Positions 21,088 to 29,997 are shown, counted from the stretch's first letter. The stretch is 32,000 nucleotides of DNA from Cylindrospermopsis raciborskii Cr2010 (GCF_003367075.2 NZ_CP065936.1:3210001-3242000), one strand, 5' to 3'. The notes: a model not told the origin generated them from the sequence alone. Numbers and translations are program-made.

Positions 21088-21585
21088 ATGATCAGACCAA
21101 ATCCCATTCCCCCACAACCAGGACAGGAATCAGTTTGGGACTATCCCCGTCCCGCTATTCTAGAGAGTACTGGCAAACACCTAAAAGTAATTTGTAACGG
21201 GGTTGTTTTAGCTGAAACTACCCAGGGTAAAAGAGTTCTTGAGACCAGTCACCCCCCTACCTATTACTTTCCGCCCACTGATGTCAAACTGGAATGCTTA
21301 ATAGCCACATCTAAGAAAAATCTGTGCGAATGGAAGGGAGCATACCAGTACTACGATGTACAGATTGGTGAGCGTCTAATCAAATATGCAGCTTGGCGAT
21401 ATTTTGCTCCTACGCCTGACTTTCTCCCTATTCAAGAATACTATGGGTTTATTGCAGCTTTGATGGATGCTTGCTACGTTGATAACGAGCTAGTCACACC
21501 CCAAGCTGGTGATTTTTATGGAGGATGGGTTACTGCGGATATTGTGGGGCCATTTAAAGGAGGTATGGGTACTTGGGGATGGTAA
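21088..21585 (+). CDS. DUF427 domain protein
   Basis: 165 aa. ESVWDYPRPA........L.V..NG..LA.T......LETSHPP.YYFP..DV, then a second half ...W.Y..P....P....Y..F, matches my memory of the DUF427 family. Confidence 0.7.
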   Translation: MIRPNPIPPQPGQESVWDYPRPAILESTGKHLKVICNGVVLAETTQGKRVLETSHPPTYYFPPTDVKLECLIATSKKNLCEWKGAYQYYDVQIGERLIKYAAWRYFAPTPDFLPIQEYYGFIAALMDACYVDNELVTPQAGDFYGGWVTADIVGPFKGGMGTWGW

Positions 21586-21588
21586 ATA

Positions 21589-22944
21589 ATGAAAATATCA
21601 GTGCTTAAAATTGATAAATGTAAAATTCAAGAACATCACTTAGAAATTATCTATAGCGTAGATGAATTTGAGTTTGCAACTAAGATTTTCTACCATGATG
21701 TTTCCTTATGGGAGTTGATCGAGAAATATTCTCGATCGTATATAGAGAAAATAGTTGCCCATATTGCCCTATTTGAGGGGATGAAATTCTGCTCTCTATT
21801 TCCCCAATATTATGATATTTCCAGCATTGCTAAACATCTAGAATCTGAAGCTTTAGATTTATTTGTTCAAATATATCAAGGAGTATTTGGCCAGCATTGG
21901 TATGAGAATAACATCACCAATTATCAACACCCAGAAATTATTAGCTATCAAGAGATGGGAGCAAGTGATCCCAGAGAAATCTTGGGAGACAATCAAACTA
22001 TTCTCACAGGTTGTGGAGGAGGTAAAGACAGCATTTTAGCTATGAAAATATTAGAACAAGCAGGTATACCCTTTGCCTCACTGCAATATTCTCATAGTGT
22101 TTATGGCAAAGCAGACTTTCAACACAAATTAATCTCTCAGGTTGTGCAATGCATCAAACCGATCGAAAAGCATCAAATATCTATTTATGACGATTTCACC
22201 GAGTCACCTTTTTTAAAAATATATTTCCCTGAAAACTCTGGTATTATTGCACCAGAAACACCAGTTTCAATTTTTCAGTCCCTGATTTTAATATTGGACC
22301 GGGGTTACCACTACCTATGTTTAGCCCATGAAAAAAGTGCTAATACAGGTAATTTATACTGGGAAGAACTAGGGAAAGAAGTCAATCATCAATGGGGTAA
22401 AGGTTTATTAGCAGAACAGATTTTAAACCTGTTTATCCAAGAGCATCTTTTGACAAACTTCACCTATTTTAGCATTTTACAACCGATTTACGACTTTCGC
22501 ATTTTTCGGAACTTTAGCCAATACCCTGAATTGATCCCTAGAATACATTCTTGCAATGTACACAAACCCTGGTGTTATAAATGTCCCAAATGTGCATATG
22601 TTTGGCTGGGACTAATGGCATTTTCTCCCATAAATATGGTCGAGAAAGTTTTTAAAAACAACCTATTTGATGATTTAGATCTAATTCCTATTTTTCGAGA
22701 AATGATGGGTTTAGCTCAGCATACACCATTTGAATGTATTGGAGAAATTCAAGAGAGTTGGTTGTTAATGAGAAAGTGTTTAGATAGGGGAATAACAGGT
22801 AGAGTTTCAGACATATTTAAAGAAGAAATATTATCAAATTCCCAGATTCATTGGGAAGAAATAGAAGCTAAATATAATAGGGTTTATGAAGAAGAACATG
22901 ATATTCCTGATTGGATATTTAAGAAAATCAAGGAACAGTTATAA
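21589..22944 (+). CDS. QueC-like PP-loop ATPase with a tetracysteine cluster, flanked by unassigned N- and C-terminal extensions
   Basis: 451 aa. A PP-loop variant, TGCGGGKDS, lies at aa 140-148 (nt 22006-22032). C322-x6-C329-x2-C332-x2-C335 (nt 22552-22593) resembles the C-x8-C-x2-C-x2-C Zn site of QueC. The ATG is 3 nt after the DUF427 stop. Confidence 0.55.
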   Translation: MKISVLKIDKCKIQEHHLEIIYSVDEFEFATKIFYHDVSLWELIEKYSRSYIEKIVAHIALFEGMKFCSLFPQYYDISSIAKHLESEALDLFVQIYQGVFGQHWYENNITNYQHPEIISYQEMGASDPREILGDNQTILTGCGGGKDSILAMKILEQAGIPFASLQYSHSVYGKADFQHKLISQVVQCIKPIEKHQISIYDDFTESPFLKIYFPENSGIIAPETPVSIFQSLILILDRGYHYLCLAHEKSANTGNLYWEELGKEVNHQWGKGLLAEQILNLFIQEHLLTNFTYFSILQPIYDFRIFRNFSQYPELIPRIHSCNVHKPWCYKCPKCAYVWLGLMAFSPINMVEKVFKNNLFDDLDLIPIFREMMGLAQHTPFECIGEIQESWLLMRKCLDRGITGRVSDIFKEEILSNSQIHWEEIEAKYNRVYEEEHDIPDWIFKKIKEQL

Positions 22945-24567
22945 CTTTTCTGATTTTAACCATTCCCTCACCACATCTTCTACAGCAAGAGATTGATTGT
23001 CTACTTGATAATTCATCTTTTGCATTTGAGTGGTAGATATTCTCCCGACCAACTGATTAATCGCAGGTTCCAATTCTGGGTATTTTTCCAGAATTTGTTG
23101 GTTAAACACAGGGACAGCTTGATAGGGTGGAAAGTATTTCTTATCATCTGCTAGAATTACCAAATCCAAAACCGGAATTAATCCATCTGTAGAATTTGCA
23201 GCTATTAAGTCTACCTGTTTTTGCTTCAAAGCCTCATACATTAAACCCAACTCCATTTGTTTAATATCAGCAAATTGTAATTGATATGTTTTAGACAAAC
23301 CTGGATAACCATCTGCTCGTTCCAAAAATTCATAGCCGAAACCAGCTTTTAATTGATTACTATAACTAGCTATTTGTGAAAGATTTTTAACCTGCCATTT
23401 TTTAGCATCTTCACTGCGAATAATTAGGGCATAGTTGTTTTCAAATCCTAAAGATGGCATCACAGTTAAGTTATATTTTTCCCGATATGCTTGTTTAGTT
23501 TTCTCATAAACAGTTTGAGGATCTGTAATTGGCTTCTCCTTTAAAATTGCTGTAAATGCAGTGCCAGTATACTCTATATAACCTGCGATCTTACCAGCTT
23601 TTACTGCTTCGTGACAAACAAAAGTACCCCCCAAATTAAACTTACGTTCCACCCGTAACTGGGTATGATTTTCTATTTGTTGTGCTAAAATTTCTCCCAA
23701 TATCACCTGCTCGGTAAAGTTTTTCGACCCAATAGTAATGGTTGCCAATTTTGGTGTTTTAGACTGTAAATTAAGTACATTATTAAATACATTAAAAATC
23801 ACTAATCCACATAATATCAAACCTATCACTGAAATTATCCCCAAACTTTTACTAAAGATCCCAGAAACTGGTTCTTTATTACCCTTACCAACTATTTGTT
23901 GAGTCAGATAATTTTCCAACATACCCAGGCAAAAATCCGCACCTAGAGCAATGAGAGCAGAAGGAATTGCGCCCGCCAAAATCAGTTCATTATTAACTGT
24001 AGAAATTCCCCGGAAAATAAATGTTCCTAAACCACCACCACCAATAGCAGCAGCAATAGTGGCAATTCCTACAGATATGACAGTTGCTACCCTTACACCA
24101 GCTAAAATCACCGGTAAAGCCAAAGGAATTTCCACCTTTAATAGCAACTCCCTTTCTGTCATTCCCATGCCAATTCCTGCTTCTCTAATCGCAGGACTAA
24201 TGCCATTAATACCAATATAAGTATTACGAATAATAGGTAGTAAAGCATAAAGCGTTAAAGCAACAATAGCAGGATTTCTACCAATCCCACCCAAAAAAGG
24301 CACAGAAATTAAAAAACCAAATATAGCCAAACTGGGAACTGTCTGAATAGCATTAGCTAAACCTAAAATCGCTGGCGCAAATTTGGGTCTGTGAGTAATA
24401 TAAATTCCCAAAGGAATACCAATAGTAATTGCTATCATCATAGCAATACTCACTAACACTAAATGCTCCAGACTACCAATCAGAATTTCTTTACTGTGTT
24501 GCAATAAAAACATAGCTTTAACTTTATTTTGGGGATTGGGGCACTTATTCTCGACGTTTACCAGCAT
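22939..24567 (-). CDS. Osmoprotectant-type ABC importer, fused permease + substrate-binding protein
   Basis: The N-terminal ~230 aa form a type I permease with the EAA-like loop (REAGIGMGMTERELLLKVEIPLALPVILAGVR). The C-terminal ~290 aa form an OpuAC/ProX-like binding domain. ATG 24567 overlaps the upstream ATPase gene by 23 bp, and the alternative ATG 24513 (MFLLQHSKE) is equally plausible. Confidence 0.85.
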   Translation of the reverse strand: MLVNVENKCPNPQNKVKAMFLLQHSKEILIGSLEHLVLVSIAMMIAITIGIPLGIYITHRPKFAPAILGLANAIQTVPSLAIFGFLISVPFLGGIGRNPAIVALTLYALLPIIRNTYIGINGISPAIREAGIGMGMTERELLLKVEIPLALPVILAGVRVATVISVGIATIAAAIGGGGLGTFIFRGISTVNNELILAGAIPSALIALGADFCLGMLENYLTQQIVGKGNKEPVSGIFSKSLGIISVIGLILCGLVIFNVFNNVLNLQSKTPKLATITIGSKNFTEQVILGEILAQQIENHTQLRVERKFNLGGTFVCHEAVKAGKIAGYIEYTGTAFTAILKEKPITDPQTVYEKTKQAYREKYNLTVMPSLGFENNYALIIRSEDAKKWQVKNLSQIASYSNQLKAGFGYEFLERADGYPGLSKTYQLQFADIKQMELGLMYEALKQKQVDLIAANSTDGLIPVLDLVILADDKKYFPPYQAVPVFNQQILEKYPELEPAINQLVGRISTTQMQKMNYQVDNQSLAVEDVVREWLKSEKL

Positions 24568-25303
24568 TTAAACACGCCAAAAATGCCTTAGCTTCCGGAT
24601 GTGAAGATTGGAGGAATTCTTCTGTTGTACCCAAAGCAACTAAGTTCCCCTCACACATTAATCCAATTCTGGATGCTAAAAAGAATGCTTCTTGAATATC
24701 ATGAGTTACAAATACCACTGTTTTGCCCAGTTGTTGTTGTAAATGCTGGAATTGTTGTTGTAATTCCCAACGTGTAATCGGATCTAGAGCTGCAAAGGGT
24801 TCATCCATTAATAATATGGGTGGATCCGCTGCTAATGCTCTAGCAACTCCTATTCTTTGTCTTTGTCCCCCCGAGAGTTGGTGGGGATAACGATGGACAA
24901 ACTTAGTTGGTTCCAACCCAACCAGGTCTAGCATTTCATAGACCCTAGTTTTAATTTTTTTGCCAGACCATTTTTCTAGGGATGGTATAAGTCCAATATT
25001 TTCAGCCACATTAAAATGGGGGAACAAACCAGTTTCTTGAATCACATAACCCATGCTTCTCCTCAGTTTAATCACATCCCATTTATTCGTGGAGAGACCT
25101 TGCACAAAAACTTCCCCTTGGGTAGGTACAAGCAAATGATTAATTAATTTCAGGGTAGTGGTTTTACCGCTACCACTGCGTCCCAGCAATATCAGTGCTT
25201 CCCCTTGATTAATTTCTAGATTGAGCTTAGATAAAAGAATACGGTGATTAATTTCAAAACTCACATCCCGAAATTCAACTGCTATCTTCCCATCTGAGGA
25301 CAT
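24545..25303 (-). CDS. ABC transporter ATP-binding protein (osmoprotectant uptake type, no CBS domains)
   Basis: It has Walker A GRSGSGKTT, the Q-loop, the signature LSGGQRQR, Walker B ILLMDEPF and the H-loop VTHD. ATG 25303 (MSSDGK) is preferred over the TTG at 25312. Confidence 0.9.
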   Translation of the reverse strand: MSSDGKIAVEFRDVSFEINHRILLSKLNLEINQGEALILLGRSGSGKTTTLKLINHLLVPTQGEVFVQGLSTNKWDVIKLRRSMGYVIQETGLFPHFNVAENIGLIPSLEKWSGKKIKTRVYEMLDLVGLEPTKFVHRYPHQLSGGQRQRIGVARALAADPPILLMDEPFAALDPITRWELQQQFQHLQQQLGKTVVFVTHDIQEAFFLASRIGLMCEGNLVALGTTEEFLQSSHPEAKAFLACLNAGKRRE

Positions 25304-25336
25304 AATAATCAATCGTTTTATGGTTTTATTACTATT

Positions 25337-26020
25337 TTATCGTGTTGCTTCCAGCAATTGGGAGAAATAAAAACGGGTTCTGGTCATGGCTTTTCGTTGA
25401 ACTGTAAACCCATTTTTTGCCAAGATGTTGATTACATCCACTTCTCGGTGTAAATAGGCACGAGTCGCTTTACTCGGTCCCGGAAAAAAACTACCTATTT
25501 TCTTGAGAATGGTCAGCCAAAAGGTTTTGGGAGCAAAACTAATAATGATCCGCGATCGCGCTAAGGAACATAAATGGGATATCATCTCATCTGCTTTTTC
25601 TTGGGGATAGTGAATTAGCACGTCCAAACATATTACCGTATGATAGTTACCAGTTAAAGATTCTAAGTCTTGGACGGTAAAGGTAGGGTTGGCGGTATTT
25701 TTCAAAGAAATTACAGCTCTATCCTGAGCTTCTGCAACCATTTTTGCCGAAATATCACTGGCGTCAACTTTAGCTCCTTCCACAGCAAGGGGAATACTTA
25801 AACTACCCACACCACATCCAGCATCACAAATGGTGAGTTGGGACAAATTCTGGTCATCCTTTAACCAGGTAATAACTGTATCTACAGTTTGTTGATGTCC
25901 TGTACGAATGTCTAATTGTACACTGTTTACTTCCCCATCACCATAAATACGTTTCCATCGGTCAAATCCCGTAGAATTAAAATATTCACGTACTATTGTT
26001 TTATCATCAGTTGCGTTCAT
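25337..26020 (-). CDS. chlM: Magnesium-protoporphyrin IX O-methyltransferase
   Basis: 227 aa. VREYFNSTGFDRWKRIYG...VQLDIR.GH and the SAM motif ICDAGCGVGSLSIPLA match ChlM in sequence and size. Confidence 0.92.
   Translation of the reverse strand: MNATDDKTIVREYFNSTGFDRWKRIYGDGEVNSVQLDIRTGHQQTVDTVITWLKDDQNLSQLTICDAGCGVGSLSIPLAVEGAKVDASDISAKMVAEAQDRAVISLKNTANPTFTVQDLESLTGNYHTVICLDVLIHYPQEKADEMISHLCSLARSRIIISFAPKTFWLTILKKIGSFFPGPSKATRAYLHREVDVINILAKNGFTVQRKAMTRTRFYFSQLLEATR
25552..25559. repeat. HIP1 palindrome GCGATCGC
   Basis: Exact octamer within chlM (LARSR). Confidence 0.95.
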
Positions 26021-26053
26021 AGTTTTGATTAGATTTTGATTAAGTTTTGACTA
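26021..26053 (-). repeat. Three tandem 11-bp units directly abutting the chlM start codon
   Basis: On the + strand the units are AGTTTTGATTA / GATTTTGATTA / AGTTTTGACTA. As mRNA sense they read (T/A)A(A/G)TCAAAA(C/T)(T/C) three times immediately 5' of the ATG. Confidence 0.8.
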
Positions 26054-26097
26054 GTTCAAAAGTGGAAGAGGTTAATTTGTGGACAGCTAGCAAACAA

Positions 26098-27108
26098 CTA
26101 TAGTAAATCATCAAAGGGGAACAATTCAACATTATTTTCCTCGTTGTTATCTTCATCATCTGCAAGAGTAGTTTGTGGAGCTAGGGTTTCCAGGTTTTGC
26201 AATAATTCCCAAACTTGGTTTTGTAATAGGTCATGTTCATCCCTGAGTAAGGAAATTCGATTTTGCAATTGACTCACTTCTGTTTCGTGTTTTTGTTTAT
26301 GGTGTTGTAGGTCAACCATTTTGGCTTGTAAACCCTGCTCAGTTTCTATAGCTTCCTGTAATAGGTTCTTTTGTGTCAAGACCTTATCTTCTAAATCTTG
26401 ACTTTCCGTTCTCAGTTCATGGAGCTTCTCTTCTAGTTGAGGTTTAAGTCTCTGGGAAAGAACTAGGTTGCTTTCTAGTTCCTCTTTTTCTTGTTTATAA
26501 ATTGCTATTTGAGATTGTAGCTGGCCAATTTCTGACCGTAAAACCTGACAATTAGTATCCAGACGACGCTTCTGAGCTGTTAGATCTATACAAGACTTAT
26601 GCAATTCTTGCCTACTGTTTTGTAGCTCACCCATGGTTTCTTCCATCGTGCCAATTTCCAACTCTAATTGCCTTTTTTCCGCAGCATAGTTACCTATCTC
26701 CCGGTGAATAGTATCTCTCTTATTACGACAATCTAGTATTTGATTTTCCAGTTGTTTTGATTCTGTATATGCTAAAACCTTATGTTGTTCTAATTGTTCG
26801 ATTTCTCTGACAATGCGATATTTCAACTGCTCCATTTGCCTGATCTTAGGGTAAAGGGAATTTAAAACCATTAATTCATGATTTCTCCGTCGTTTGTCAG
26901 CGAATAAGGCAGCTGCATAAGTGGCAATCACAGTAATGATAGCACTAATCAAAGCATGACTAAAATCCCATCGAGGGACAATACTTAAACCAAAACTTAT
27001 ACTGAACGATAGCACACCTATAACCAGTCTATTACTACCTATAATTGATGGTATCTTGCTGACTTTGACTGTATTTATCTGGTGAGAATTAGTAGTTGTT
27101 ATTGTCAT
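26098..27108 (-). CDS. Membrane-anchored long coiled-coil protein (two TM helices, ~230-aa heptad-rich region, acidic tail)
   Basis: The TM segments are LVIGVLSFSISFGLSIV and ALISAIITVIATYAAALF. A continuous Q/E/L/K-rich coiled coil follows, and the C-terminus is DDEDNNEENNVELFPFDDLL. ATG 27108 overlaps the upstream gene by 20 bp, and the longer track form from ATG 27165 would overlap by 77 bp. Confidence 0.6.
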   Translation of the reverse strand: MTITTTNSHQINTVKVSKIPSIIGSNRLVIGVLSFSISFGLSIVPRWDFSHALISAIITVIATYAAALFADKRRRNHELMVLNSLYPKIRQMEQLKYRIVREIEQLEQHKVLAYTESKQLENQILDCRNKRDTIHREIGNYAAEKRQLELEIGTMEETMGELQNSRQELHKSCIDLTAQKRRLDTNCQVLRSEIGQLQSQIAIYKQEKEELESNLVLSQRLKPQLEEKLHELRTESQDLEDKVLTQKNLLQEAIETEQGLQAKMVDLQHHKQKHETEVSQLQNRISLLRDEHDLLQNQVWELLQNLETLAPQTTLADDEDNNEENNVELFPFDDLL

Positions 27109-28417
27109 TTGAATCGGCTTGTAGGAAGTCAATAAACTGTCGTGCTGTACGACCGGAACGCCCATTATGACGGGTTGCCCATTGGAGAGCTTGAAATTCT
27201 AGATCTTCCCCGCCTAAATCCATACCCGTTTCTGCTGCTAAGTGATGAATTATTTGTAAATAGGTTCTCTGATCAGCAGCTTCAAAGGTTAGTGTTAAAC
27301 CAAAACGATCTGCAAAAGAAAGTTTCTCCTCCATTGTATCCCAACTATGAACCTCTTGGTGATCCTTTGGGTTTGGTCTGTCAGTAAAATACTCCCTGAT
27401 TAAATGGCGACGGTTAGATGTAGCGTAAACAACCACATTATTGGGACGGGGGGTTAAACCACCTTCCAAAACAACTTTTAGTGATTTGAAGACATCATCA
27501 TCCTCTTCAAAGGAAAGATCATCAACGAAAATGATAAATTTCTGAGGTAAATCCCGTAAATACTCCACAATTTGTGGTAAACTATACAACTCTGATTTTC
27601 TTACTTCCACCAGGCGCAGATTGTGGTAACCATCCTGATTTAATAGGGATTTTACTAAGGAAGACTTTCCAGAACCACGACTACCATAAAGTAATACATG
27701 GAGCGCTGGTTGTCCTGATAATAAAAACCGAGTATTCTTTAACAGGATTTGTTTTTGTTCCTCATAACCTACCAGTGTTTCCAGTTTAACCCTATCAGGA
27801 TAGGGTATGCCAAAAAACTCCCCATTCTCCCATCTAAAAGCTCGATATTCAGCAAATAACCCGCTTCCCTGGTGTTGATAATAGGTCACCAGGTCCCCAA
27901 TGATATCACCCCAGTTTTCTAACTGTTGCCAAGTGCTCATTAAATCTTGAAGTATTACTGTTTGGATTGGTTGAGGTTGGGGTTCCTGATACCATACAAC
28001 TGGGGAAACCGGTAAATGGCATACAGTCTGTACCCACTCACTCAAAAGGGCACAATTACACTCGTACAAGTTTTGTAATATCTGTAGATCATGTTGCGCA
28101 GCAGCGATTAATGCTGATGGTAAATCAGTAAATTCTCGCTTTTGAGCCAGTTTAGTAAAGGGATTGTCTGATAGGAGAATTTGTCTAATTAAATATTCTT
28201 CCCAAGTTTGCTGACTGCTTGCTAAAGAATGAAAGTAATTGCCATAAGCTTGGAGACAATTACGTCCATCTCCATCCGTATAGCGTATGGCCTGGAGTAA
28301 TTCTAGAAACGCTATTCCTACTTCCGTTTGTAATACTGACTGATAAAGTAACACAGACGCCGCTTGACGCTGTAAAAATTGGACTTTGGTGTGGAATGAA
28401 GTATTAATGGTGGACAT
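27089..28417 (-). CDS. AAA-type ATPase of the DUF815 family
   Basis: It has Walker A LLYGSRGSGKSSLVKS (nt ~27664-27696), Walker B FIIFVDDLSFEEDD, then ...VVYATSNRRHLI, the characteristic DUF815 core as I recall it. The track start 28507 is TTG, so I prefer ATG 28417 (MSTINTSF). Confidence 0.7.
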   Translation of the reverse strand: MSTINTSFHTKVQFLQRQAASVLLYQSVLQTEVGIAFLELLQAIRYTDGDGRNCLQAYGNYFHSLASSQQTWEEYLIRQILLSDNPFTKLAQKREFTDLPSALIAAAQHDLQILQNLYECNCALLSEWVQTVCHLPVSPVVWYQEPQPQPIQTVILQDLMSTWQQLENWGDIIGDLVTYYQHQGSGLFAEYRAFRWENGEFFGIPYPDRVKLETLVGYEEQKQILLKNTRFLLSGQPALHVLLYGSRGSGKSSLVKSLLNQDGYHNLRLVEVRKSELYSLPQIVEYLRDLPQKFIIFVDDLSFEEDDDVFKSLKVVLEGGLTPRPNNVVVYATSNRRHLIREYFTDRPNPKDHQEVHSWDTMEEKLSFADRFGLTLTFEAADQRTYLQIIHHLAAETGMDLGGEDLEFQALQWATRHNGRSGRTARQFIDFLQADSNDNNNY

Positions 28418-28737
28418 GAGCTGATCAGTATATGTATATTTTACCATGAATAGGATAAAAACTAAAAATTCAATGTATACTGGGAGTATTATCGTCAGTG
28501 GTGTCAATATTTTACAGGACTATAGAGTCTTCCGTATAATTTGAACTGCAATTGAAGTGCAAATCAAGGTAAATTTGCCATATTGGCAAGTTTTCACTAA
28601 ATAAACAAGATATTACTAGATAACAGCAATATTTAATGGTTGGTGTATTGTCGCTATCTACTTAATCCTCACAACGGAAAACTCCTCAATTTCCCCATCA
28701 ATCCGCTCGGTAATTTAAGTAACTGGGAAAGTTATAC

Positions 28738-29997
28738 ATGAAAATATCACTGTCTTCCGAAAATGTGATCCAGTACCTTTATGACACAGGTCTGTTCAGT
28801 TCACAAGATTCTCCATCCCCTGAATCTGATTTACCTAAAACTACTATTGATAACCATATTTTCTTGGTAAAACTCTCTGGTAACCGCCAAATTCTAATTA
28901 AACAAGAAACCCCTAATGGGGAATATCCCAGTAACTACCAGTTCTCGAACGAGTGGGTTTTTCACCAATTACTAGTGCAATTTCCCCTTCTTGGTAATAT
29001 TCCGGCGATCGCATCTTTACTATTACACTTTGATGCGGAAAACTCTATCCTGGTCTGTACTTTTCTGAGCGAATATATGGAACTGGAGGAATTTTACAAA
29101 AATCGCAGTATTTTCCCCCTAGAAATTGCTACTTCTATTGGTAGTGCATTAGCATGTTTACATCGTTCCACTTTCCAGAAGCAGGAATACCGTGATTTTA
29201 TAGATACTGCACCCGAGGGAGAGTTACGCTACAATTATTACAATCCGGTTCAAGGAATAAGCTCCCTTACCCAGCAGGTGTGGGGCAAAACTCCCACAGC
29301 AGCACTGGAATTTCACGCGCTTTATCAACAGTATGAAGAACTAGAATCTGCCATTGCGGATTTATCATACCATTGGAAACCATGTTGTTTAACCCACAAT
29401 GATTTACAACTAGATAATATTCTAGTTCATTCCCGCTGGCAAAACTTAGATGACTGTCTAGTCAGATTTAAGCAATGGGGAGTATATGCTTGGGGGGATC
29501 CCGCTTTTGATTTAGGAACTCTACTCGCTAGTTATCTACAAATATGGCTTTCTAGTTTGGTGGTAGATTCCAGTTTAGACCTAGAAGAATCCCTGGATTT
29601 AGCCCTTGTTTCCCTGGATACGGTTCAACCCTCCCTAATTGCAATTATGCGAACCTATCTCCAGATCTTTCCCATGGTTTTAGAATACTTCCCACAGTTT
29701 ATTATCCGGGTAGTTCAATTTACAGGATTGGCACTTATCCATTATATTCAAAAATGCATCAACTACTATAAGTATTTTGACAAAACTCATTTATCTATGT
29801 TAGAGGTTGGCAAAAAACTATTAACCATGCCAGAAAACTCACTATTAAATATTTTTGGCACTTCACCCCAGGAAATTCTGCCATCTGTGATAGGAGTTAA
29901 GATAGGGGTTAAAACTTACAGCAAAAAAAATGGCCGGGAAACCGATCGCCAAATAGCACCAATCTACTACCCTAAAACTCGTTTACGCGGTTGTTGA
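28738..29997 (+). CDS. Aminoglycoside-phosphotransferase-fold (APH/eukaryotic-like) kinase with a ~130-aa C-terminal extension
   Basis: The catalytic loop is H-N-D-L-Q-L-D-N-ILV (aa 220-230, nt 29395-29427). The metal-binding segment is AWGDPAFDLG. The beta3 Lys context is QILIKQE. Confidence 0.7.
   Translation: MKISLSSENVIQYLYDTGLFSSQDSPSPESDLPKTTIDNHIFLVKLSGNRQILIKQETPNGEYPSNYQFSNEWVFHQLLVQFPLLGNIPAIASLLLHFDAENSILVCTFLSEYMELEEFYKNRSIFPLEIATSIGSALACLHRSTFQKQEYRDFIDTAPEGELRYNYYNPVQGISSLTQQVWGKTPTAALEFHALYQQYEELESAIADLSYHWKPCCLTHNDLQLDNILVHSRWQNLDDCLVRFKQWGVYAWGDPAFDLGTLLASYLQIWLSSLVVDSSLDLEESLDLALVSLDTVQPSLIAIMRTYLQIFPMVLEYFPQFIIRVVQFTGLALIHYIQKCINYYKYFDKTHLSMLEVGKKLLTMPENSLLNIFGTSPQEILPSVIGVKIGVKTYSKKNGRETDRQIAPIYYPKTRLRGC
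29005..29012. repeat. HIP1 palindrome GCGATCGC
   Basis: Exact octamer within the kinase gene (PAIAS). Confidence 0.95.

Noticed and set aside
22939-28417. Interpreting the whole minus-strand array (DUF815, coiled-coil, chlM, ABC ATPase, permease-SBP) as one functional system
   Set aside because: The genes are same-strand and closely spaced, but chlM and the osmoprotectant importer have well-defined unrelated functions. Only the DUF815/coiled-coil overlap supports functional coupling.
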